From Mobula hypostoma (Eukaryota): a DNA stretch of 64,000 nucleotides. Positions 39,565 through 52,560 of this stretch are shown in pieces. How positions within the stretch are numbered: the first letter of the stretch is position 1; each line of letters begins with the position of its first letter. Below the pieces are notes generated by a model, which was given only the letters and a program-made list of their open reading frames with translations, had not been told where the DNA came from and made no database searches. The DNA lies in NCBI RefSeq assembly GCF_963921235.1, contig NC_086108.1:78556001-78620000 (forward strand), in the 5' to 3' direction. The position numbers were made by a program, and so were the translations under genes.

Positions 39565-40219
39565 CAGACATCCCACCTCTCCTGGAAGTTCCGGGAGTCT
39601 CCCGCATATTAACAGTGGCTCCCTGATGCCCGCAAATTATATACAATTCCATGGAAATTAATTTTTTTGAGAGCGAGCGCGCAAGAGAGTGCCAGAGCAA
39701 GAAAGCAAGTGCGAGTCAGAGTGACCACGAGAGAGAGAAAGCAAGCGCGAGAGAGAGAGCGAGTAAGAGCGACCACGAGAGAAAGAGAGCGACAGCGAGA
39801 AAGCAAGCATGAGAGAGAGCGAGTGAGAGTGACCACAAGCGAGAGAGCGCACGAGGGAGAGCAAGAACGAGAGAGTTCCAAAAAAAGTCAGACTGGCAGA
39901 GTGTTCCAAAAAAAAAATATAAAACGTACGTCACCCCAGACTACACTAAAGTGTACCCCTGCCTAAAAGGGGTCAAAAATAATGACAATGTTGCTCATTG
40001 CACTGTTTGCAACAGTGACTTTTCTATTGCCCATGATGGGTTAAGACTAAAAGACATGTTGAGGTGAGTTTAACAGGTGTCATTCGTTCATTAGGTTAGC
40101 TAACGTTATTTTTCTGCTAAGGAGCTACTCTGTTGCAGACATCCCACCTCTCCCGGAACTCTCCCACAAATTGATGGTGCTACCACTCTGAAATGAGTTT
40201 TTGCAGGGTGGGATGTCTG
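39565..40219 (+). mobile_element. Non-autonomous TIR DNA transposon with 6-bp TSD, copy 2 (inverse of 4626-5226)
   Basis: Same TIRs; TSD CAAAGG at 39559-39564 and 40220-40225; extra internal terminus starting at 40136; zinc-finger exon relic at 39918-40063. Confidence 0.9.
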
Positions 40220-40919
40220 CAAAGGTTCAGTTATTATCAAAGTATAGAACTCTGAAATTCTTCTTCAGGTAGCCATGAAACCGAGAAAGTAAAGAAAATC
40301 AGCACGATCACCAACCCCCAAATCCCTCCTCCCAGCACAAAAAAACGAACAAAAATGCAACAGGCACATCGACCCCGCCCCCCCCCAATCCTCCTCCCTC
40401 ACACACAAAAAAAAAGAGAAAGATTGGGCAAAGAACATCAAATACAAAAAACACAAGACATTAAAAAAGTCCAAGTCCACATCCGAATTGCAGAAAATCT
40501 GGGTGACATTCTCCCTTTCCGTAGCAGAGTAATTCCACTGATGATAAAAAGTCAGTCTTCCATCTCCATGCAGAATGATCTCACCAGCGATAAAATGGCA
40601 GGCAACTGGCATTTCAATCTCCCTCACTGCCTTAATTGGCGAACAATGGAAACTTTAATTGCAAAATGGAGTTGAACATCGGCTTGCTGCGTTCTTGCCA
40701 CAAGGTTCCCACACGCTGCTTCTGCCTACCGGAATCGCTTCGGAAACTGCAGACGCTGAAACACCCAAACGATCTTCAATCTACAAATCACAGGCTTCAA
40801 CAGTTCCAGAATCACATTCAAGACAAAAAACAAAAAAGACATAAAAGAAGTGAAATATACGGTTTCATGCTCTATCCAGAAGACGTCAACCGCAGCAGAT
40901 GCCATCTAGACCGGAAGTG
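40220..40919 (-). mobile_element. Non-coding retroelement with ETS/YY1-like head and Rex-type tail, inserted in a CR1 3' tail
   Basis: 5' CACTTCCGGTCTAGATGGC; tail TTTGATAATAACTGAACCTTTG; the CR1 tail halves CACAGGCATC (to 39559) and ATGGGCCAAAAGGCCTG (from 40920) rejoin. Confidence 0.65.
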
Positions 40920-42714
40920 ATGGGCCAAAAGGCCTGTCACTGCACTGTACTGCTCTACATTCTAAATAAAGTGTGACACATTCTAAGTTCATACCTTGTT
41001 TGTTGGTTCAGAACCAGCAGCACTGCAAAAGAAATGCTAGACTTGGGAAGTCATATCTGCAAGAATCAAGCCAAATTCTGTATTTTGGTATTTATTCCAA
41101 GGCAGAAAAATTCCAGCAAATGGCATGGAGAGGAACATAGTAAGACAGCACAACACCTTTGTAAGATACTAATAACCTGGAATCAATGGGATCGTTCATA
41201 ATATAAAGAGATATATAGTTACAGGAAATATCTATTGTCTCATCAGTGATTTCTTCACCCCAGACACTTATAGAGTGTTAGAACATTTTCTTGAGAGATC
41301 TTCAAATTATAATCTGGGCGCTATAATATTCAACAGAGTCAACCATAAAGATGTGTTGTTTTCTCATAACTCGTAAGGTGTAATTGATCTTCAAGCCTGA
41401 CTTGCTGTAAAGATGGTTGAAAGTAACAAATATAAAATGAAACTGATTCTCCCAGATGTGAAGTTGTGGATGATTCTGAGGAGAAAGCCTACAGGCATTG
41501 AAAGGCAGCTCACTGAAAGGTGTTGGTAAATTTAAGGATGTTGGTTACAGAAAGGGATTATTTTTAAGCACTGCGGTCTGACACTTGGACAATCTTGTTC
41601 ATTTCACAAAGGCAAATGCTGAATTTATTGTAGTGTTCTTTTTTACCTCTTCTGTATTCCTTCTGCTTTCATGTCAATTCACAATGGCAATTCTTCAAGA
41701 CAAAAATAATTTTAAATTGTCCATGGTTAATTCTTGCACAGATAGCTTACCCACCTCAGCCCCTCCAGCAGTGAGTGAGTCTTTTTGTAGAGGTTGAAAG
41801 GCCATAGGAAATTAATGTATTTAAACATGCAAGGGATGTGACCGTCTACTCCCGATGTTTTTACTGATTTATGAGGGTTTAGTTTTGGCTTTTTACTGCT
41901 TTCACGTAACATATAAAATCCAGTCTAAATCCCTTAAATAAAATTTAATCTGAAAATAAAAACAAATATTCTTGCACAGGAGGATCTTGGGTTTCTATTA
42001 GCAATTTTTGACAACCCCCAGTACATGAAAGCCACAATTCCCAACTATAATAAATCATTTACTGATGTAGTTATTACATTCCTCTTTACCTGCTTTTTCT
42101 TAACCAAGGTAATAAATTCTGAAGATGCTTGTTCTGATAAAGATAAATAGGTCAGATTCTGTTATAATAACAAGCAAGGCTATCAGTACTCACTGCTATT
42201 GAGTAAATTGGACAATTCTTGTTGACAGTGCCTTTCCAAACAAAATTTTCAATTTAGAAACAGCTCTCCTACTCCTATATATCCTACTCCAAAGGAATAA
42301 CCTGCTCCTCCAAAGGGCCGTCCACCATTACCGTCCTCTCCATTAGAATCAGCAGCAAAATGACTGCACGTTAACAAGCTTAGACTGTATGCCACTAGGT
42401 TTTCACTAGGGGACTGAGGTGTTAGTTCTGGTGCATGCAGGAAATAATCTCAATACTAAACACAAATTAACTGCTTGCCCGACCTTGCAAGAAATTAGGG
42501 AGATCTCAGAGGAAATTCAACAATTCTAAAGGGGAGTGTCAGCACCTCAGACTTCCATCAAGGTATTGCCAAATTCAAGATTCAAGATTGTCTAATGTCA
42601 TTTCCAGTACACAAGTGTAAAGGAGAATGAAATAATTGTTTATCCTGATCCAATGCAGCACAAAGAATAACATAATAAGATAAAAAAACACAATAATAAA
42701 AAAAATCAACAAAT

Positions 42715-43270
42715 ATATTGGTCAAACAGTACTTGCAGTATTGTGAGCACTTTTGGGCCCTTTATCTAAGAAAAGATGTGTTGGTATTGGAGAGAGTCCA
42801 GAGGAGGTTCACAAGAATTATTCGAGGAATGAAAGACTTAGTATGTGAGGAGCATTTGATAGCTCTGGGCTTGCCTCGTTAGATTTTACTACAATGAATG
42901 GGGATCTCATTGAAACCTATAGTATATTGATCGGCCTAGACAGAGTGTATGTGAAGAGGTGGGAGCAGTCCAGGACCAGAGGTTACAGCCTCAGAATAGA
43001 GCTGTGTCCATTTAGAACAGAAATGAGGAGGAATTTATTTAGCCAGAGGATTGTGAATCTGTGGAATTCATTGCCACAGACGGCGTGGAGGCCAAGTCAC
43101 TAGATATATTTAAAGCAAAGATTAATGGGTTCTTGATTAGTCAGGGCATCAGATTATGGGGAGAAGGCAGGAGAATGGGTTTGAGGGGGATAATAAATCA
43201 GCCATGATGGAATGGCAGAGCAGCCTCGATGGGCTGAATAGCCTAATTCTGCTCCTCCGTCTTATGGTCT
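42715..43270 (+). mobile_element. CR1 3' fragment
   Basis: GDLIETY, SRTRG, FSQRIVNLWNSLP; CTTATGGTCT tail. Confidence 0.9.
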
Positions 43271-43664
43271 AACTGCGCAGTCAAGCTTTATGCCCAGAAT
43301 CCCACATTTTTCTGCAAATCCCGAAGTCGCTCATCTTCCATCACCAGTCAACTCCTATCTAAAATTATTCAAGCAAGTATATTATTTTAAAATACAGTAT
43401 TAAAAGAATTTTAACCCCTCTCTAATCTTTTGCCAATGATCTTAAGTCTTCGACTTCTTGAGAACTTCCTCAGGGCTTTGCCCACTCTGTTAACATGAGT
43501 ACATCTTGGAAAAGTTCACTAATCTGAAATTTTAACTTGCTTTTATCTTTTTTTTCTAAATGCTGCCCGAGCTAGTGAGTCTTTCGGGTATTTTGTGTTT
43601 TCATTTCAGGTTTCCAATATACGCTGTGTTTGCTTTCAGTAAAACAGGCTTCAACTAAAGCTAA

Positions 43665-44202
43665 CACTCAGCGGCCACTTCATTAGGTACAGCTGCTTAT
43701 TAATGCAAATATTTAATCAGTCAATCACGTAGCAACAACATAATACATGTAGACATGGTCAAGAGGTTCAGTTGCTGTTCAGACTGAAGATCAAAATGGG
43801 GAAGAAATGTGATCTAAGTGACTTTGATCGTGGAATGATTGTTGGTGCTAGACAGAGTGGTTTGAGAAGCTCAAAAACTGCTAATCTCCTTGGATTTACA
43901 TGTACAACAGTCTCTAGAGTTTAGAGAGAATGGTGTAAAAACTAAAATAAAACCCAGTGAGCAGCTCTTCTGTGGGTGAAAGTGGCTTGTCAATGAGACA
44001 AGTCAGCTGATTCAAGCTGACAGAAAGGTGACAGTAACTCAAGCAACCACACCTTACAACAGTGGTGTGCCAAAGAACATCTCTGAATGCACAACATATT
44101 GAACCTTGAGATGGATGGACTACAGCACAGAAGATCCTGACCACACAGTTAGTGGTCATTTTGTTAGGTTCGGAAGGTACCTAAAAGAGTGAACAGTGGG
44201 TG
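43665..44202 (+). mobile_element. Tc1-like internally deleted transposon
   Basis: TIR CACTCAGCGGCCACTTCATTAGGTAC / GTACCTAAAAGAGTGAACAGTGGGTG-TA; ATG at 43796 gives MGKKCDLSDFDRGMIVGARQSGL..TANLLG (paired-like HTH). Confidence 0.85.
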
Positions 44203-47200
44203 TAGATTGCAAAGAGAAAGAATTATCAAGAAAATTACCAATCTGAGAGACATACAACTGACAAATCAAATCAGCATTAATTATAGATTCATAGCTTCCA
44301 GTAAATCTCCCCATTAACCTGTGCAGCCACTGGGATGAATAGAAAAAGCCTTTGTACAGTTTAGAATGGAGAATTTAATTGAGGCTAAAAAAAAATCTTT
44401 GTTTTGCCATTCTTTATTACAAACTTAAGAAGCACTTAATTGTCAAAATTCACAGCACAGTTTGCTAGTTAAAAACCGGACTGATGACTTTATATCAGCA
44501 CTTATCAATATTTCACTCAACTGCAGTGGAAAAGTGTTTTGATGTACAACTTGTTTGTGCTGAACTGCGATTTTCAGTCATGTATAATAGAAGGATTGTC
44601 TAACCGAGAAAGCAGCTCTATGGAGCCACTGAAGCATGCCCATTTCTTCTCCCGTGATCAGCATACTTTCAGGCATGCTTTCTTCTTCTGCTGTTTATTG
44701 CAACATATTAAGAATTTGCCAGCAATAGGGAAGAAAGACCTATTGCATTTAGAGATAGTATTTAAGGCAAATCTTTGCTTTAATCCGCATGGGCCTCATG
44801 TTAATAACAATAGGGCTCCTGGAGAAAAAAATGCACGTGGTTTATTTATAAAATGAATTGGAACATATATGCATTAACTTAAAATTTAAAAAGTGTCCAG
44901 AGGGACTCAAAAACGCCCATCATCACTCCACAACACTAACCAGCACCACTACAATTTGAAAGCCCTTTAATCAGTTACAAGTCCCCAAATGCAAGGGGAT
45001 CCAGTCAACCACTCAGAAGTAAACTTGAAGCATGTTCCCTGGGCCTAAAAATAGCAACTCAGTACAGAAATTCCCAAATAGGAAAGTTGGGCCATTTCTA
45101 CAACGGGAAGTGAAAATTTTTCCAGATTTCTCAGGAGGTGCAAAAATGTTGGAGATGGAATCTAAAAGCAACTGTCAGCTCACTGTCAGAGCTGTTATCC
45201 CTTCAATATTTGGAATGCAATTACGTAAATAATGAAATTATGCTCCAATAATCAGTAACTACCTTCTTGCAGAAAAAAAAACAATGAAAAATAATACATC
45301 TACTGTCAGTGAAAGTGCAAGTTCAGCCTAGTTAGTTGACTGGAATTTATTCAGCAACCAACAATCATAAGTGTTACCCCAGGAAATATAGCATCTTGTT
45401 GGAAACCAGCCTGCCCATCATTCTATATTTGAAATTAATAAGATTGGATATGGTTTGCTCTTTCTAGTATTAATTTTATAAAGGTTTATAAAGATCAAAG
45501 AGACTGTATAAATGCTACTCACTGGTTGTCCTGAGGGTTTAAGTATTTGTTTACATGGATAGAACATTTTACAAATATCAGTAACAGTCCTCTCATCCTT
45601 CAAATATAAAAAACAATTATACTAACCAAAGTAATGACATGTATTTTACTAAGATGACAACCAAAAAAATAGGGGACAGGTCTATAATATAATTCTATAG
45701 GAATGAAAATGAGATGAGTTACTTAATGCTGCTCCAAGCTCAACTCTTACATTGTATTAATTTTAATTTATTTTTCTTTCCACTTTTCCTGTTAATCTTG
45801 GGTTTGCAATATTAAGCTTCAAAGAAACATTCGCTGGATCAAATGGTTTCAGCTTGCTTTAAATCACATTGAATAAAAGACTCTGTCAAGAAGTATTCCT
45901 TGGTCACAGGAACATCTGCAAATTTTGTATCCTTTAGGAGGGAGCAGAATACAGCAAGGAATACTAATCATTTTAAGAGGCAGGTCACGGACATGGCTTA
46001 ATTTGAATAATAATCACCAATGAACAAGGATTTTATTGTAGAAGAGTCTGGTGAAACTCCTGTCATTTCTACTTCCAATATTCTTGTGAATACTTAAGCA
46101 GGAGTCACCTCAAAAATTAATATACTATCAGTTATTTTACTAAATTTATTTTTTGGAAAATACTATAGTATGATGAATGAAAATCTTCATAAATGCATCT
46201 GCCTCCTTTATTGATTTATGCCAGTGTAATGGAGGTGAATCATCAAATTGTTACAAGAAACAATTGCCAAATTCTGTTTACAATTTACTCCTTTTGTTTC
46301 AGTCTACAAGGAGTATCCTGCCTGCTCTGATCTTAGACCATAAGACTATAAGACACAGAAGCAGAATTAGTCCATTTGACTCACTGAATATGCTCCGCCA
46401 TTCCATCATTGCAATTTATTATCCCTCTAAACTCCATTCTCCTGCCTTCTCCTCATAACTTTTGACGCCTTTAATTATCGAGAACTGATCAAGTTCCACT
46501 TTAAATATATCCAGTGACTTGGCCTCCACAGCCATCTATGGCAATGAATTCCACAGATTACACATTCCCTTGTTATGAATTTAATATTTCAGTAATATTT
46601 GAGTAGTACTGTAAATATATTATTTGTTTGTTTATATAATTCATTATGGGTTATAGGTAAAAGTATGTGAATGGCATACATTATGACACCACCACGTCAT
46701 ATGTGCATGCCTCACTAAAGTAAAACAAAGTGGACACATACCTCCTGGCTCCAGTGTTTTTCTTTCGAATAGTTTCTGGATTTACAAAACATAACAGTGG
46801 TGATGAGTAACCTTTAAAATGAACCCAAGATGACTACCCACCTATTGAAATGAAGTACATTTCTTTCTTACAAGGGGCGAGAGATGGTCAAGTTACAAAA
46901 ATGCGCAGTATGTGTTTCTTTGCAAAGGAAGAAAGATGGTCAAGTTAAAAAGAAAGCAGAAAACGGATGAAATTCACAGTTTCATAAACAGCGAGTACCA
47001 GGTGATACTAATAATAAATTTTTTTAAAAGCCTAAATGGCTGGCTACATCAGAAGAATAGACACTTTTGATTGCATAGCAGATAATTGGGTGGTGTATAC
47101 TGAATGAATTGAGCAGTACTTTGAAGCAAATGAAATAGCCAATGAAAAGGAAGTACTAGTGTTACTAAGTGCAACAGGAGGAAAAGCACATATTTTTGCT

Positions 47201-47630
47201 TATAAATTTGACTGCTCCAACCAAACCAGCCAGAATGAGCTTTGATGATATGGTGAAGTAATGAAACATTTAGAACTGAAACCATTATTGTTTGCAGAAT
47301 GCTTTAGGTTTCATAAGCAGAAACAAAAGGAAGTGGAGTCCATTTCAATGTACCTGGCTGCATTTAAGAAATTGTCTCAGCATTGTCAGTTTAGTGATGG
47401 GCTTATAGATACACCGAGAGATCAGTTAGTTTGTGGAATCTTATAGGAAAGCATTCAAAAATGAGTCCTAACTGAAGCACAACTCACGTTTAAAAGAGCA
47501 GTTGAAATCACTGTATGAATGGTAACAGCAGCCACAGAGACAAGTGAGTTGCGGTCAGGAATGATGAGAGTCAGTGACACAGGACTGGGTAGTCTTGAGA
47601 TTAATAACATGAAAACTAACAATAGACAAA

Positions 47631-47909
47631 CAACGCAAACACGAGGAAATCTGCAGATGCTGTAAGTTCAAGCAACATACATAAAAATTGCTGGTGAACG
47701 CAGCAGGCCAGGCAGCATCTATAGGAAGAGGTACAGTCGATGTTTCAAAATGATAGGAGAAGACAGGAGGGGGAGGAATCTGGACAGTTGATTGGCAAAA
47801 GGATTATATGAGAGGATCATGGGATGGGAGGCCTAGGGAGAAAGAAAGAGGGAGGGGGGAAGCCCAGAGGATGGGCAAGGAGTATAGTGAGAGGGCCAGA
47901 GGAAGAAAA

Positions 47910-47953
<44 letters not shown>

Positions 47954-48913
47954 GAAAAAATTAATATTAATAATAAATGAATAAATAACGGATGAGGTAT
48001 GAAGGGAAGGTGGGGCATTAATGGAAGTTAGAGAAGTCAATGTTCATGCCATCAGGTTGGAGGCTACCCAGATGGAATATAAGGTGTTGTTCCTCCAACC
48101 TGAGTGTGGCTTCATCTTGACAATAGAGGAGGCTGTGGATAGACATATCAGAATGGGAATGGGACGTGGAATTAAAACATTCAGGGCCCCAGACAGTCCT
48201 TCCAGGTGAGGCGACTCTTCACCTGTGAATCGGCTGGGGTAATATGCTGCATCCGGAGCTCCCAATGTGGCCTTCTATATATTGGCGAGACCCGACGCAG
48301 ACTGGGAGACCGTTTCGCTGAACACATATGCTCTGTCCGTCAGAGAAAGCAGGATCTCTCAGCGGCCACACATTTTAATTCCACGTCCCATTCCCATTCT
48401 GACATGTCTATCCACGGCCTCCTCTACTGTAAAGATGAAGCCACACTCAGGTTGGAGGAACAACACCTTATATTCCATCTGGATAGCCTCCAAACTGATG
48501 GCATGAACATCGACTTCTCTAATTTCCATTGCCCCACCTTCCCTTCGTACCCCATCCCTTATTTATTTATTTATTTATTTATTTATTATTAATTTTTTTT
48601 TTTCTCTCTCCTTTTTCTCCCTCTGTCCCTCTCACTATACTCCTTGCCCATCCTCTGGGCATCCCCCATCCCCGCTTCTTTCTCCCTAGGCCTCCCATCC
48701 CATGATCCTCTCATATTCCTTTTGCCAATCAACTTTCCAGATCCCTCCCCCTCCTGTCTTCTCCTATCATTTTGGATCTCTCCCTTGCCCTCCCACTTTC
48801 AAATCTCTTAATATCTCTTCTTTCAGTTAGTCCTGACGAAGGGTCTCGGTCTGAAACGTCGACTGTACCTCCTGACCTGCTGCGTTCACCAGCAATTTTT
48901 ATGTGTGTTGCTT
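47631..48913 (+). mobile_element. Penelope-like element remnant with inverted terminal arms and a GIY-YIG endonuclease fragment
   Basis: ORF 48206-48592 (CxxC-like..LYIGETRRRLGDRFAEH..HFN..LEEQHLIF..GMN); arms ~47661-48177 and ~48373-48912 are reverse complements; TSD AATAGACAAA at 47621-47630 and 48914-48923. Confidence 0.9.
48829..48864 (+). ncRNA. Minimal type I hammerhead ribozyme motif
   Basis: AGTC-CTGACGA-agggtctcggtct-GAAAC-GTC-GACT: conserved core, stem I AGUC/GACU, GUC cleavage triplet, near-absent stem III, imperfect stem II. Activity unproven. Confidence 0.75.
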
Positions 48914-49728
48914 AATAGACAAAGAATATAGTTTACACCAGAAGTGAATGGCAAATTAATTAAAATGGAATTTGACACTGGAGAACACACTGAGAGCAAA
49001 GTCAGCAGAACACATTACACTAACACTGAACCAGAAGCTCGTCAATTTCCTCCTTGCATATCATATGCAGCATGCTCCACAACCAACAATTCACCGGCTA
49101 TGCTAAACTGGGTTGTCCCTTGCACTCGAGCTTGGATCTCCTCAAACTCAATCTCAGAGGAAAATGAAGGATTAAACAGCTGAGACAAACGGAAAGCCCC
49201 TTAAACAAGGAGATTTGATGTTTCGCTCCTGGACAAGCAGTCCTGGCGAGGGACTATAGATGTGATCAAAAGTGGACACTTGGAAATATAAAGAACAGAA
49301 CTTGACTACTCTCTTACAAAGTGGAGATTGTGTCTGATGTCATCTGGAGATGACGCATCGATCAGTTGAGGAGAGCAGAGTCAATTGTTATAGAGAAGAA
49401 AGGTGTCCAGAGCTGTCAGTTCCAGACAAAATTCCTACAGCCAACACAGAGGAGGCCCCAGAACCTGAGATTGTTTCACAACCACAAGTCTCTCCCACCA
49501 AGCAGAGTGAACCCCCTTGTCAGGAAAGACGTTATCCCTCAAGAGTAAGGAATCCTCAACAGCGATTAAGTCTTTACGCCTGAATGGGACAATTTAAAAT
49601 TTGGTATTCTGTGGATATCGATATAATAGAAGTACTATGTGGAATACTGTATATATACATACATACACACACATATATATTTTCTTCACCCATCCACCCT
49701 ACTTCTTGGAAGTTCTCATGTTTTATAG

Positions 49729-50571
49729 TGTTACGTACCCCGTAACTGGGTTGCCAAACCAGCAGAAATGGATCACTCAGTTGGAGTCTGGAGTATTAGA
49801 ACTAAGAAAGTTTTATTAAAGAAACAAGCAACACAGTAATCGAAAGGATAATAAATGCAACAGTTCAGCGATGATAAACACACATGTGCAAAGAATTAAG
49901 ATAACAGCATCAATCAAGCTCTATCGTTGTCTAGGGGTAAATGACCAAATTTCAAAGTGACTCAAAGTTCAGTTTGCAGTAATCGTTGCCATGGTGATGG
50001 ACAACCTGGGGGGAAGAGAGAGAGAGAACAGGAACAACTGATCATTCAGAACGGCTTCACTCACAGACCGGCGAGATTGCTCACAAGCAACTTTTGGGCG
50101 GGGCCTTGGTGATGTCACCTGAGGTCACCGACTGTGACCCCTCCTCCAGATGCGGTCGATCCTCTGCAGTGAACCCGGCACCCAGGCAAGGGCGGACACA
50201 CACTGGGTTCCCGCTGATCGTACCTTTCCACCCCGGGCGTTGTCTGGTACTTCTCACCCACTCGTGAGAGGCGCACCGCTTCCAGGGTCTCGTTACCTCG
50301 GGTGGCGTGTGTCTGTCTTAGCGAACCTGTCCCTTTTTATCCCCCTGCTGGGGTATCGCCTGTCCATCACTTCAAACAGTTCAGGGTTCAAAGGGGGAGC
50401 CGCTCCAGACAGCTCTCTCTCTCCCACGTCCCTTCATTACACATCTCCAGACGCTGCTCCATTGTTCCTTATCTCTCCTTCCCCTGAGGGCAGGTGGCAG
50501 ACCAACTGCTGATGCCACTGATGCTAGCCCAGGCCAGCAAACATCTTAATTTTATGTGTATTCTCGTCACA
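49729..50571 (-). mobile_element. Solo LTR (843 bp)
   Basis: TGTTACG...CGTCACA termini; perfect 4-bp TSD ATAG at 49725-49728 and 50572-50575; minus-strand TATA-like ATAAAAAGGG near 50335 and AATAAA near 49815. Confidence 0.88.
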
Positions 50572-52560
50572 ATAGTTTTTCAATATTGAATCACAGTCAA
50601 TTTAATTTGCCTGATCAACAGAAAAAGACTCTTTCGTGTCAAAGTAAAGACAATTCACTACAAAGTGATCTAAATTAATTACAAATATCAAACACAAAAT
50701 AATTGATTGCATAAGTATTCACCATCTTCAAGTCAGTATTTTGTAGACAGAAACATAGAAAATAGGTGCAGGAGTAGGCCATTTGGCCCTTCCAGCCTGC
50801 ACCACCATTCAGAATGATCATGGCTGATCATCCAACTCAGAACCCTGTACCTGCCTTCTCTCCATACCCCCTGATCCCTTTAGTCACAACGGCCATATCT
50901 AACTCCCTCTTAAATATAGCCAATGAACTGGCCTCAACTGTTTCCTGTGGCAGAGAATTCCACAGATTCACCACTCTCTGTGTGAAGAAGTTTTTCCTTA
51001 TCTCAGTCCTAAAAGGCTTCCCCTTTATCCTCAAACTGTGACCCCTCGTTCTGGACTTCCCCAACATCGGGAACAATTTTCCTGCATCTAGCCTGTCCAA
51101 TCCCTTTAGAATTTTATACGTTTCAATCAGATCCCCCCTCAATCTTCTAAATTCCAGAGAGCACAAGCCTAGTCGATCCAGTCTTTCATTATATGAAAGA
51201 CCTGTCATCCCAGGAATCAATCTGGTGAACCTTCTTTGTACTTCCTCTATGGCAAGAATGTCTTTCCTCAGATTAGGGGACCAAAACTGCACACAATACT
51301 CCAGGTGTGGTCTCACCAAGGCCTTGTACAACTGCTGTAGTACCTCCCTGCTCCTGTACTCGAATACTCTTGTTATGAATGCTAGCATACCATTGGCCTT
51401 TTTCACTGCCTGCATGCCCACTTTCAATGACTGGTGTACAATGACACCCAGGTCTCGTTGCACCTCCCCTTTTCCTAATAGGCCACCATTCAGATAATAA
51501 TCTGTTTTCCTGTTCTTGCCACCAAAGTGGATAACCTCACATTTATCCACATTAAATTGCATCTGCCATGAATTTGCTCACTCACCTAACCTATCCAAGT
51601 CACCCTGCATCCTCTTAGCATCCTCCTCACAGCTAACACTGCCACCCAGCTTCGTGTCATCTGCAAATGCTGCATTTAATTCCCTCGTCTAAGTCACTAA
51701 TATATATTGTAAACAACTGGGGTCCCAGCACTGAGACTTGCAGTATGCCACTAGTCACTGCCTGCCATTCTGAAAAGGTCCAGTTTATTCCCACTCTTTG
51801 CTTCCTATCTGCCAACCAATTCTCTATCCACATCAATACCATACCCCCAATACCGTGTGCTTTAAGTTTGCACACTAATCTCCTGTGTGGGACCTTGTCA
51901 AAAGCCTTTTGAAAATCCAAATATACCACATCCACTGGTTCTCCCCTATCCACTCTACTAGTTACATCCTCAAAAAATTCTGAGATTCGTCAGACATGAT
52001 TTTCCTTTCACAAATCCATGCTGACTTTGTCCGATGATTTCACTGCTTTCCAAACGTGCTGTTATCACATCTTTGATAACTGACTCTAGCATTTTCCCCA
52101 CCACCGACGTTAGGCTAACCGGTCAATAACTGTCCGGTTTCTTTCTCCCTCCTTTTTTAAAAAGCGGGGTTACATTAGCCACCTCCAATCCTCAGGAACT
52201 AATCCAGAATCTAAAGAGTTTTGAAAAATATTCACTAATGCATCCACTATTTCTTGGGCTACTTCCTTAAGCACTCTGGGATGCAGCCCATCTGGCTCTG
52301 GGGATTTATCTGCCTTTAATCCTTTCAATTTACCTAACACCACTTCCCCACTAACATGTACTTCCCTCAGTTCCTCCACCTCACTAGACCCTCGGTCCTC
52401 TACTATTTCCGGAAGATTATTTATGTCCTCCTTAGTAGAACCAAAGTAGTTATTCAACTGGTCTGCCATGTCCTTGTTCCCCATGATCAATTCACCTGTT
52501 TCTGACTGTAAGGGACCTACACTTGTCTTAACCAATCTTTTTCTTTTCACATATCTATAA

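Noticed and set aside
48206..48592. GIY-YIG ORF as a host nuclease gene
   Set aside because: It is embedded in a Penelope-like repeat with a TSD, is truncated, and starts at a non-ATG codon.
618..52560. Segmental duplication between 618-2419 and 50748-52560
   Set aside because: Similarity is confined to the CR1; flanks and truncation points differ, so these are independent insertions.
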